From positions 7,237 to 71,236 of the forward strand of contig JAFTCT010000034.1 in NCBI GenBank assembly GCA_017454525.1: a DNA stretch of 64,000 bases. Reading direction: 5' to 3'. The position numbers were made by a program, and so were the translations under genes. Shown piece by piece: positions 22,503 to 30,264 of the stretch. The notes below the pieces were generated by a model. It was not told the DNA's origin, searched no databases, and worked only from the letters and a program-made list of their open reading frames with translations. Source of the DNA: Clostridia bacterium (GTDB lineage Bacteria > Bacillota > Clostridia > Oscillospirales > CAG-272). How positions within the stretch are numbered: the first letter of the stretch is position 1; each line of letters opens with the position of its first letter.

Positions 22503-22539
22503 GAACTCCGCTTTCGCAGGTCGGGCGGAGTCCTTTTTT
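22503..22539. terminator. Bidirectional rho-independent terminator between convergent genes
   Basis: ACTCCGC (22505-22511) pairs with GCGGAGT (22525-22531). An A-run lies upstream and TTTTTT (22534-22539) downstream. Confidence 0.7.
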
Positions 22540-22547
22540 ACATTATT

Positions 22548-23168
22548 TTATCTTCTCATTTCCTTGATCACGGTATTCTGACTGCAATAGTATTTGAACG
22601 CTTTGAGCGTTTTGTTGCTGCCCTCAAGGAATACGACGCCTTTTCCGCCGCTTTCGGTCTTATAGACGACGGCGTACGCCTGATCCGTCGCAGGCGTGGA
22701 CCGCAGTTCGATCGTCGTTTCGTAGGTATCCGAATCGATCTGCGCTTTGTATTCGCCCTCATAGGGAACGACGCGCTCGACCGACGACATTCTGGTGCGC
22801 AGAAGCAGTTTGTCCGATTTGTTGCCGTAGATCTCCGTGCAGATCAGTTCAGAGTTTTCAATAGCGTAGGAGTATTCGATCTGTAAATAGCGGTACAGGA
22901 AGAAATAGAGCATCCAGCCGCCCATTCCCGCGAACGCGAATCCGACGATGATCGCTACGTACTGTATAAACTGGTAGAGCAGTACGATCAGACCGATGAA
23001 TACCGCCGCCATGATCACGAAAAAGAGGACGCGCATCAACTGATACTTTCCTTCCTTTTTCTTTTCAACGGTATACTCGGCGATATTGACCTGTTTGAAA
23101 GTATCATCGTTTCCCGTGACCGTGGAATTCGAGAACTTTCCGAGTGCGCTGACGATTCTTTTAGCCAT
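22548..23168 (-). CDS. Hypothetical two-TM membrane protein
   Basis: It has protein-like composition, a hydrophobic hairpin (aa ~45-95), an AAAGGA RBS and its own consensus promoter. I recognise no family. Confidence 0.55.
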   Translation of the reverse strand: MAKRIVSALGKFSNSTVTGNDDTFKQVNIAEYTVEKKKEGKYQLMRVLFFVIMAAVFIGLIVLLYQFIQYVAIIVGFAFAGMGGWMLYFFLYRYLQIEYSYAIENSELICTEIYGNKSDKLLLRTRMSSVERVVPYEGEYKAQIDSDTYETTIELRSTPATDQAYAVVYKTESGGKGVVFLEGSNKTLKAFKYYCSQNTVIKEMRR

Positions 23169-23199
23169 TGTTCTGTATCCTTTCCGAACGATTTTCTAT

Positions 23200-23228
23200 A
23201 TTATACTCCCGAAATCCGGAAAATTCAA
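23200..23228 (-). promoter_or_regulatory. Sigma-A-type promoter for the 22548..23168 gene
   Basis: On the minus strand it reads TTGAAT-17 bp-TATAAT (-35 at 23223-23228, -10 at 23200-23205). Confidence 0.6.
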
Positions 23229-23944
23229 GTCTTTCCCGCCGATTTTTTACTTCTTTCCTGCCGCTTTTTATTCCTTTTGACGATTTGTTTTGTGATGAGA
23301 ACCGCGGCGCTGCCGGCGGCAAGCGCTGCGATGATGCCGATAAAGGAGAAAGTGTCCGAAGCAAAGAAGGACGTGTCGATCCCGAGTCTGACCGCGTATG
23401 CGTGCGCATAACTGTCGTCCGGCGCGTACAGGATCAGTTTTTCGCAGTTTTTGAAGGCGTCTGTTCCGATATGCATCAGCGATCCGTTGTCCTTCAGACT
23501 GCGCAGCGCCGTGCAGTTCGCAAACGCGCGGGTCTCGACGGAATACACGGCAGAACAGTCAATTTTTCTCAGCGACGTGCAGTTTTCGAAGGCACTTTCG
23601 CCGATCCTGCAGGAGCCGCCGTCCGAAAACCGGACTTCGCTCAGATTGGAACAGTCAGCAAAAGCGTATGCGCCGACCGACCGGACGGTGTCGGGGATCT
23701 CGACGCATATCAGCCGCAGATCTTTGTAAAACGCGCTTTCCGCGATCGCCGTGACCTCTTTTCCGTTGTGTTCACGCGGGATCTTTACATATTTGGAAGG
23801 ATCCTTTACGGAAACGACCGCGTATCCGTTTTCCGTTTCGGCGAACGTCAGCGCGGCGCTCCCGTCGCCCGAACAGGAGGAAAGAACAGACGGCGCCGCA
23901 AGGAGGCACAGTATCAGCGATACCGTAATGATCAGTTGTTTCAT
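23225..23944 (-). CDS. BspA-type leucine-rich-repeat lipoprotein with an additional C-terminal TM anchor
   Basis: It has a signal peptide with lipobox 'LSSCSG' and LRR_5-type repeats ('I.ESAF..C..L..I', 'AF.NC..L'). A C-terminal hydrophobic helix is followed by a KR-rich tail. The ATG at 23944 follows a GGAG. Confidence 0.75.
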   Translation of the reverse strand: MKQLIITVSLILCLLAAPSVLSSCSGDGSAALTFAETENGYAVVSVKDPSKYVKIPREHNGKEVTAIAESAFYKDLRLICVEIPDTVRSVGAYAFADCSNLSEVRFSDGGSCRIGESAFENCTSLRKIDCSAVYSVETRAFANCTALRSLKDNGSLMHIGTDAFKNCEKLILYAPDDSYAHAYAVRLGIDTSFFASDTFSFIGIIAALAAGSAAVLITKQIVKRNKKRQERSKKSAGKT

Positions 23945-23980
23945 TTTACTCCGTACCACCGGTTTATCGTTGTTTTACTT

Positions 23981-24009
23981 ATTATAACACTTTTATCAGA
24001 CTTTGTAAA
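23981..24009 (-). promoter_or_regulatory. Sigma-A-type promoter (extended -10) for the LRR lipoprotein gene
   Basis: On the minus strand it reads TTTACA-17 bp-TGtTATAAT (-35 at 24004-24009, -10 at 23981-23986). Confidence 0.6.
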
Positions 24010-24059
24010 GACTAACGCGCGCTTTTCGGGGAATTCTGTTTCTCGAAAGGAAAAGTGCG

Positions 24060-25472
24060 ATGAATAACAGTTATGTTTGCGAAATCGATCAAAGGATGCA
24101 CGTCGATCGTAATTTCGATACCGTGAGAAAAGAACTGCGCTACGGAAGCAGACTGAGCGCGCTTGTTTACTATTACGCCGGTCTGACAAACGGGGAATTG
24201 CTCTCGAAGTTGATGAGATATATGATCTGCGACGCGCACGGCGCCGATCTACTTGCGGCGGGAGACGTGAAGGGCTTCCTTGAGGGTATTCCGCTCGCCG
24301 AGTGTACGCTTGAAACCTGCGTGAACGACGCGCTCGTCTCCGTTTGTTCCGGCTGTGCGCTCTTTCTGATCGACGGTGTGGACGGCTGCCTGCTTCTTGA
24401 CGTCAAGAAATATCCGGCGAGAAGCATTGAAGAACCGCAGAAAGACAAGGTCCTTCGCGGTTCGCGCGACGGTTTCGCTGAAACGCTGATGCCGAACGGC
24501 GCGCTGATCCGCAGACGCATCAGGGATCCGCGCCTCGTATTTCAGCGTATGAAGGTCGGTTCTTCCACGTCAACGGACCTCCTTGTCTGTTATATGGAGG
24601 GGATCGCGGACCGTCAGTACGTCGGAAAAATCACGGCGGAGATCGGAAAGATCAAAACGATGGGTCTCAATCTCGGGCTTGAAACGCTCACCGAACTGAT
24701 GATCGGACGGACTGTTTACAATCCCTTCCCGAAAGTGCGCTACACGGAGCGTCCCGACGCCGCGGCAGCGATGCTGCTCGAAGGAAAGATCATCGTGATC
24801 TGCGACAACTATCCCGCCGCGATGATCCTGCCGACGTCGCTGTTCGACTTTTTGCAGGACACGGACGATTTCTATTTTTCTCCTGTGATCGGCGGATATA
24901 TGAAGTTCGTGCGCAACGCCGTTTATATGGCGTCCCTGCTGCTGACGCCGCTCTGGTATACGCTTCAGCAGATTCCCTGGGTCCTTCCGGAATCCCTTGA
25001 TTTCCTGATTTACAAAGGGGGAGACAGTTTTCTGCCGCTCATATTGCAGCTTCTTCTCGTCGAGATCTCGATAGACGGTCTGAAACTCGCTTCGCTCAAC
25101 ACGCCGGATACACTCTCCAATTCGCTGAGTGTGATCAGCGGCCTGATCCTGGGGGATCTGGCGGTGAGCGTCGGCTGGCTCTCGGAACAGGTCATCCTCT
25201 ATATGGCTTTCGTCGCGATCGCAAATTTCACGCAGCCGAGTTTTGAATTGGGTTATGCTTTCAAGTTTATGCGGATCATCACGATCTCTCTGATTGCCGT
25301 GCTGTCCTTCTACGGTCTTGCCGTCGGTTTTTTCGTCGTCCTTCTGTTCATTCTGTCGAACCGCACGCTCTTCTCCGGGAAGGGCTATCTGTACCCGCTG
25401 ATCCCCTTTGACAGAAGAGCTCTTCGAAAGCTGTTTTTCCGCAGTAAAGCGTCGGGCGAACCGATCAGCTAA
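24060..25472 (+). CDS. GerA-family spore germination protein, A-subunit type (SpoVAF/GerAA-like), orphan
   Basis: It has a GerA-family soluble N-domain ('VCYMEGIAD...V..I...I') followed by a C-terminal block of 4-5 TM segments, and is 470 aa. No B or C subunit genes are adjacent. Confidence 0.82.
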   Translation: MNNSYVCEIDQRMHVDRNFDTVRKELRYGSRLSALVYYYAGLTNGELLSKLMRYMICDAHGADLLAAGDVKGFLEGIPLAECTLETCVNDALVSVCSGCALFLIDGVDGCLLLDVKKYPARSIEEPQKDKVLRGSRDGFAETLMPNGALIRRRIRDPRLVFQRMKVGSSTSTDLLVCYMEGIADRQYVGKITAEIGKIKTMGLNLGLETLTELMIGRTVYNPFPKVRYTERPDAAAAMLLEGKIIVICDNYPAAMILPTSLFDFLQDTDDFYFSPVIGGYMKFVRNAVYMASLLLTPLWYTLQQIPWVLPESLDFLIYKGGDSFLPLILQLLLVEISIDGLKLASLNTPDTLSNSLSVISGLILGDLAVSVGWLSEQVILYMAFVAIANFTQPSFELGYAFKFMRIITISLIAVLSFYGLAVGFFVVLLFILSNRTLFSGKGYLYPLIPFDRRALRKLFFRSKASGEPIS

Positions 25473-25480
25473 AAGAAGAA

Positions 25481-25509
25481 TTGACAAAAAGAATTTAACA
25501 TGCTATAAT
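25481..25509 (+). promoter_or_regulatory. Near-perfect sigma-A promoter with extended -10
   Basis: It reads TTGACA (25481-25486), a 17 bp spacer, then TGcTATAAT (-10 at 25504-25509). Confidence 0.75.
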
Positions 25510-25552
25510 GAACGTATAAAGATCTTACAGTGAATCCGAACAGGTGGTTTCA

Positions 25553-27184
25553 ATGAAAAAGCTGATCATATATATTCTGATACTGGCGACGGCGGCAGCG
25601 CTGCTCGCCTCCTGCTCGACGCCGAACAACGAAGCGGCGATGGAGCGGCTCAACGAAGCGCTCGGTACGCTGCTGCCCGCCGACAGATACACCTCCGCGT
25701 CGTATAAAGCGTATAAGGAAGCTTATGATGAAGCGCAGTCGCTTGCCTCCGCTAAGGGCGTTACGGCGCTGACGGTCGACCGTGCCGTCGATAAACTGAA
25801 TACCGCAAAAAAAGCGCTTGTGGTAAAGAACGATTTCACGGAATTGCGCCGTCAGGTCGAATTCTTTCAGACGATAAACGAATCCGAATACTCCAAAGAC
25901 AGTTACGAGAGTTATAAGAACGCATACACCGCTGCGCTCGAGGTCCTGAAAAACGACGCGGCGAAACAGAGCGAGATCAACTCCGCCGCAACGCGCATGA
26001 ACAACGCGAAACTTGCGCTGATGAAGATACCGGATACTTCGTATCTGCGCCTTCTCGTGAACGCCGACGTCGACCCTTCCGCCTACACGGGCGAGAGCTA
26101 CGCCGAATATCAGAAAGCCGTTGAAAAAGGGATCGCCGTGCTGAAGAAGGAATGCCCGACGCTCGAGGAACTGCGCATTGCGGAGAATATGCTCGTCGAG
26201 GCGTACGCATCGTTGATGCTGCGCGGCAATACGGACAGTCTGACCGGCTATATCAAGGAAGTGAAAACGAAGATCCTTGTGCCGGACAGCAAAGGCAGGA
26301 AGGCGGAGGATCATTTCGCCGCTTTCGGCTTCAACGCGGTCACGAACGCCGTCGCGGAAGCGGAAGCCTGCGTGAAAAAGGGCGACGCTTCAGAGAACGA
26401 ACTGAACGACGCCGAGAGGAAACTGCACGAAGCGGTCGCGTCGCTTGTGGATATCTCGCCGCTGCTCGACGCTTACGATCTGGCGGGAGACTATTCCTCG
26501 ACGATCGACCGAAAGGAATATACGGAGGACAGTTACAAGAAACTGTCTTCGGCTATGGCGATCTGTTACAGATTGATGAATGATCCGCAGGTCTCGCAAG
26601 AGGAAGTGAAGAAGGCGGCTGCGGATCTCAACGCCGTGATCGCGGCAATGGAACGGGTCAAAGTGGTTCCGGACGGCGCCAAGGATAAACCGATCGGCGA
26701 TATCCTTGTCACTGTCGGGCGTTCCTCGATACAGATCAGGGATTACATGAACGATTATACCCGATTTTTCAGCGCCGTTTTCAGTGAAAACCCCGACTTT
26801 ACCTACAATACGAGCGGCGGATCGGCGGTTTTCAGCCGCGGAAAAGTCAGGGTGATCCTTTCCGAAGAGCGCCTGATCCTGCAGTATAACGGTCCCGCCG
26901 CCGTCGCTTCAAACGACCTTGACGCTTTCAGCGCGGGGAAGGCGCGCATCGATGATACCGATACGTCCCTGACGTCAGCCGATCTCTTCGGCGTTCCCAC
27001 CGCATATTCCGAGGAAACGAAGAACGTCAACGGAAGATCCTGCAGCGTTGCCTCGATCGTTTACGAGAATGAAGACGAGCGATTCACGTTCACGGTGGAG
27101 TATAATATCACGGACAAGTACGTACTGTCGTATACGTTTACCTTCACGCCCGCCGATTTACCGAACCCGCCCGCAGAAGGGTGA
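25553..27184 (+). CDS. Lipoprotein with about 5 FIVAR-like helical repeats and an unassigned beta-rich C-terminal domain
   Basis: It has the lipobox 'LLASCS' and repeats of the FIVAR pattern Y-[ST]-x-x-S-Y-x-x-[YL]-x-x-A ('YTSASYKAYKEAYDEA', 'YSKDSYESYKNAYTAA', 'YTGESYAEYQKAVEKG', 'YTEDSYKKLSSAMAIC'). AGGTGG lies 5 nt before the ATG at 25553. Confidence 0.7.
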   Translation: MKKLIIYILILATAAALLASCSTPNNEAAMERLNEALGTLLPADRYTSASYKAYKEAYDEAQSLASAKGVTALTVDRAVDKLNTAKKALVVKNDFTELRRQVEFFQTINESEYSKDSYESYKNAYTAALEVLKNDAAKQSEINSAATRMNNAKLALMKIPDTSYLRLLVNADVDPSAYTGESYAEYQKAVEKGIAVLKKECPTLEELRIAENMLVEAYASLMLRGNTDSLTGYIKEVKTKILVPDSKGRKAEDHFAAFGFNAVTNAVAEAEACVKKGDASENELNDAERKLHEAVASLVDISPLLDAYDLAGDYSSTIDRKEYTEDSYKKLSSAMAICYRLMNDPQVSQEEVKKAAADLNAVIAAMERVKVVPDGAKDKPIGDILVTVGRSSIQIRDYMNDYTRFFSAVFSENPDFTYNTSGGSAVFSRGKVRVILSEERLILQYNGPAAVASNDLDAFSAGKARIDDTDTSLTSADLFGVPTAYSEETKNVNGRSCSVASIVYENEDERFTFTVEYNITDKYVLSYTFTFTPADLPNPPAEG

Positions 27185-27239
27185 CAGAACAGAGGGGGCG
27201 AAAAACTTCCGCGCAAAAGCGACGCTGCTCAAATAAAAA

Positions 27240-27283
27240 GGGGGTGTTTCATTTGGCGCAAATACGCCAAATGAAACACCCCC
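27240..27283. terminator. Perfect 19-bp hairpin terminator between convergent genes
   Basis: GGGGGTGTTTCATTTGGCG (27240-27258), loop CAAATA, then CGCCAAATGAAACACCCCC (27265-27283). The A-run on the + side becomes TTTTTATTT on the minus strand, so it serves the methyltransferase gene best. Confidence 0.8.
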
Positions 27284-27327
27284 TATATATGCCGTTAAGA
27301 ACATTCAGAACTGTAAATAATGAACAT

Positions 27328-28494
27328 TCATTGCGGCGTTTCGCCGCTTAAGAGCGCGTCAAGATAGGGATGAACGCCCAGAAAACCGATCGCTTCCTTA
27401 TAAGCGTTGAGCGCCGCCGCCTTTTTTTCTTCGGACATGGGGGTCCTGATCGCTTTGATAAGGATGTTTTTCGGCGTTTCCTCGGGATCGATGAGTTCAA
27501 GCGCCGTGACTTTATAGCCGTAGGATTCGATCCTTTTGCAGCGCAGCGCGTCGGTCAGCGCGTCGCACAGCTTCTGCCGGTACATGGAATGCTCCGACAC
27601 GAACGCGAGGGGCGCGCAGGACAACTGCTTCATCATCTCGTGATGACAGCAGGGGGTCAGCAGCGCGACGTCGACGTCGAGACGAAGCGCGTTATAAATG
27701 ACCACGTCCGTCGCGACGTCGCAGGCGTGCAGCGAGACCACGAGCGACGGCTTTGTCTGCGGATGAAAATCCGAAACGTTCATGCAGTAGAAGTGCATAC
27801 CGTCAAAGTGAAGTTCTTCTGCCGTTTTCTGACAAAACGCGATGACGTCGCTCTTGAGGTCAACGCCGTACATTTCCACCGAGCGGCCCTTCATGGCGGT
27901 CAGGTAGTAGTACACGGCGAAGGTCAGATAACTCTTACCGCAGCAGAGGTCGCATACGGTGATCGTTTTGCTGTCCGGAAGATATCTGTATACGTCGTCC
28001 AGGATCTCTACAAATCGGTTGATCTGTCTGTATTTCGAACGCTTTTTGTCATAGATCCTTCCGCTTTCATCACATACGCCGAGTTTATGCAAAAAAGGAG
28101 CCGCCTTTTCGGGATCGAGAATGAAACGGTGTTCTCTGTCGTTCTTCTCCAAAGGAACGGGAAGCGGTTTTCCTTTGATTCCGTTCTTGATATGACATGA
28201 TCCGCTCTTTGAGATGAGCGCTTCGCAGGTGCCGCTTCCCGTGATCAGATCGATCTGTCTGAACCGGCTTGCCTGGCGCATGATTTCCTCCGTGCAATCC
28301 TCTTCCGGGACGTTCTTTTGCAGCGCTTTACCGTCGCAAAGAAAGGTCTCGAACTGCATATACCGACTGTTCTTCAACTCGATGATCCTTGAAGTCATCC
28401 GTACGACGCTCTTGTCTCTCGGACGGCTGAACACCGCTTTGATCAGTCCTCCCGACCGGACGATCTCTCTTACCAGCATTTCGAGTTCTTTCAT
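27328..28494 (-). CDS. Class I SAM-dependent methyltransferase (Methyltransf_32/METTL25-like)
   Basis: It has a 'VCDLCCGKSYLTF' SAM-binding loop and 'SLHACD.ATD' and 'TPCCHHE' motifs. I prefer the ATG at 28494 (GGGTGGA RBS) over the track start at 28575. Confidence 0.72.
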   Translation of the reverse strand: MKELEMLVREIVRSGGLIKAVFSRPRDKSVVRMTSRIIELKNSRYMQFETFLCDGKALQKNVPEEDCTEEIMRQASRFRQIDLITGSGTCEALISKSGSCHIKNGIKGKPLPVPLEKNDREHRFILDPEKAAPFLHKLGVCDESGRIYDKKRSKYRQINRFVEILDDVYRYLPDSKTITVCDLCCGKSYLTFAVYYYLTAMKGRSVEMYGVDLKSDVIAFCQKTAEELHFDGMHFYCMNVSDFHPQTKPSLVVSLHACDVATDVVIYNALRLDVDVALLTPCCHHEMMKQLSCAPLAFVSEHSMYRQKLCDALTDALRCKRIESYGYKVTALELIDPEETPKNILIKAIRTPMSEEKKAAALNAYKEAIGFLGVHPYLDALLSGETPQ

Positions 28495-28638
28495 GGTTCC
28501 ACCCGCTTCATTTCTGTTTTGATCATTATAGCAGGATCGGGCGTTTTTTTCAACACTTTTTGAAGAAATCGTCATTATGACTTGATTTTGAAATGCGTTT
28601 CCGTTATAATAAAGTCAGAAAACTGTCGGGAGGAACCG

Positions 28639-29559
28639 GTGAGCAAAGAACTTGAAGCGAGAGTGACCGCGTGTGAGGGCGGGTTATACAGCGTATATCT
28701 TCAAAACGGACGTTTCGTCAGCTGCAAGCCCAGAGGGAGATTCAGGCACGAGCGTATGAAGATCCTCGTCGGCGACAGCGTGACGCTTTCCGAAGACGAG
28801 AAAGGGAACCGCTGTATTGACGCCGTGTCCGAACGGCACGGTACGCTGATGCGGCCGCCGATCGCGAACGTAGACCGTCTGTTCGTGACCGTGTCCGCCG
28901 CACGTCCGGAGCCGTTGACGCTGAATATCGACAAACTGACGTGTATCGCCGTACACAACGGGATAAAACCCGTGATCGTGATCACGAAGTGCGAACTGTC
29001 AAGAGAAAACGCGGAGTTCCTGAGACAAGTATATACGCGCGCGGGCTTCGACTGCTTTTTAACGTCAAGCGCGGAAAATGAGGGGATCGATGCGCTCAGA
29101 GCTTATCTGACAAACGCCCCTTCCTGCTGTCTCGACGTCTTCGCAGGCGCGTCGGGCGTCGGAAAATCGACGCTGCTCAACACCTTGTTTCCGTCGCTTT
29201 CCCTCAAGACGCAGGAGATCAGCGCGAAAATCGCCCGCGGCAGGCACACGACGCGGAGCGTCGTACTTTTTCCGGTGGAGATCCTGACCGGAAGCGGGCG
29301 CGGGTATATTGCGGATACGCCCGGGTTTTCGCTTCTGGACTTTGAGAGTTTCGACTTTTTTTCAAAAGAGGATCTGCCCTATACCTTTCCGGAGTTTGAG
29401 CCGTTTCTCGGCACCTGCCGTTATACGAAGTGTTCGCATACCAAGGAGGAAGGATGCCGGATCATCGCCGAAACGTCGGGAGGCGCGGTTCCGCCGTCAA
29501 GGCATGAGAGTTATAAAGCGCTTTACGGGCAGTTGAAGAACAAGCATTTTTACGATTGA
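28639..29559 (+). CDS. rsgA: Ribosome small-subunit-dependent GTPase A
   Basis: It is a circularly permuted GTPase ('ITKCEL', 'GASGVGKSTLLN', 'DTPGF') with the Zn motif 'C.YTKCSH..E.GC'. The GTG at 28639 follows GGAGG. Confidence 0.9.
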   Translation: MSKELEARVTACEGGLYSVYLQNGRFVSCKPRGRFRHERMKILVGDSVTLSEDEKGNRCIDAVSERHGTLMRPPIANVDRLFVTVSAARPEPLTLNIDKLTCIAVHNGIKPVIVITKCELSRENAEFLRQVYTRAGFDCFLTSSAENEGIDALRAYLTNAPSCCLDVFAGASGVGKSTLLNTLFPSLSLKTQEISAKIARGRHTTRSVVLFPVEILTGSGRGYIADTPGFSLLDFESFDFFSKEDLPYTFPEFEPFLGTCRYTKCSHTKEEGCRIIAETSGGAVPPSRHESYKALYGQLKNKHFYD

Positions 29560-29619
29560 GGCACATTTTTGACCGTCAGAGCATAGAATGATCGTAAGAC
29601 CGCTAAGTGAGGTGTACTT

Positions 29620-29724
29620 ATGAAAGTCATGCTTGTCAGAGTGCCAAAGATCATCAGACCGATCTTCAGACAGATATTGAAGATCAGAAAAGACGAAAAA
29701 GACAAGGATGGAGCCGGTCGCTGA
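29620..29724 (+). CDS. spoVM: SpoVM-like 34-aa amphipathic sporulation peptide (absent from the ORF track)
   Basis: The translation is MKVMLVRVPKIIRPIFRQILKIRKDEKDKDGAGR. It aligns without gaps to my recollection of B. subtilis SpoVM (MKFYTIKLPKFLGGIVRAMLGSFRKD), sharing M1, K2, P9, K10, I15, R17 and L20. GAGGTG lies 6 nt upstream, a terminator follows directly, and rsgA is nearby as in B. subtilis. Confidence 0.6.
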   Translation: MKVMLVRVPKIIRPIFRQILKIRKDEKDKDGAGR

Positions 29725-29741
29725 TCGCGCGGTCGGTCAAA

Positions 29742-29777
29742 ACGGTGTATGCGCTGTCTGCATGCACCGTTTTTTTA
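29742..29777 (+). terminator. Rho-independent terminator after the spoVM-like ORF
   Basis: ACGGTGTATGC (29742-29752) pairs with GCATGCACCGT (29760-29770) with one mismatch, followed by TTTTTTT (29771-29777). Confidence 0.75.
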
Positions 29778-29817
29778 TCCCGCCATAAACTGAAAAAAAG
29801 AGAAAGGAGGCGTGGAT

Positions 29818-30264
29818 ATGGATCGATATACGCAAAGTCAGAACAAAGTGCCGATCAATCCGCAGCAGCAGCCGGCAGGGCAGACTGCCGTACTGAAAGT
29901 CAGGGTCAGTTCGGGCTACGGGATCTTCCCGATCGAAGGCGCGCTTGTGACGGTGTTCGGGGAAGAGGAAAGCGCGCAGAACGTCGTCGCGCAAAGTTTT
30001 ACCGGGCGCGACGGAGCGACGCCCGATATGGTGATCACGCTGACGAACAGAAGCAGCGAAGGAGCGCTTACGCCCGTCAGAAACGCCTATACCGTCGAGA
30101 CCTCCAAGGAAGGGTATCAGACGTCGGTGGTGCAGAACGTCCTGCTGTACGCTTCTGTTGAAACGGTACTGGCGGTCAATCTTGCATCGCTGCCGGACAG
30201 ACCGGGCGCGGCGCTGTCAAAATACGATCGGGAGATCATTTCCGGAGGTGACGGGGAGAAATGA
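29818..30264 (+). CDS. Carboxypeptidase-regulatory-like (CarboxypepD_reg) beta-sandwich protein without a signal peptide
   Basis: The pattern 'L.V.V....G..P..GA.V.V.........T...G......L' is typical of that fold. AGGAGG lies 7 nt before the ATG at 29818, and its stop overlaps the next start (ATGA). Confidence 0.5.
   Translation: MDRYTQSQNKVPINPQQQPAGQTAVLKVRVSSGYGIFPIEGALVTVFGEEESAQNVVAQSFTGRDGATPDMVITLTNRSSEGALTPVRNAYTVETSKEGYQTSVVQNVLLYASVETVLAVNLASLPDRPGAALSKYDREIISGGDGEK

Noticed and set aside
23168-24067. A 299-aa plus-strand ORF opposite the LRR lipoprotein gene
   Set aside because: The minus-strand frame has a lipobox, LRR_5 repeats, an RBS and a promoter. The plus-strand translation is an Arg-rich artefact.
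25553-27184. The lipoprotein downstream of the GerA-family gene as the missing GerC subunit, or its C-terminal domain as a cohesin for the giant protein's dockerin
   Set aside because: It has an independent consensus sigma-A promoter and FIVAR-type helical repeats, which GerC lipoproteins lack. The C-terminal region shows none of the cohesin sequence hallmarks I can recognise. Both ideas remain untested rather than disproved.
29607-30161. A 184-aa plus-strand ORF in the track covering the rsgA-downstream intergenic region
   Set aside because: It is Arg/Lys-rich. It reads through a clear terminator and the AGGAGG RBS of the next gene, and it is out of frame with both the spoVM-like micro-ORF and the 29818 CDS, which explain the region better.
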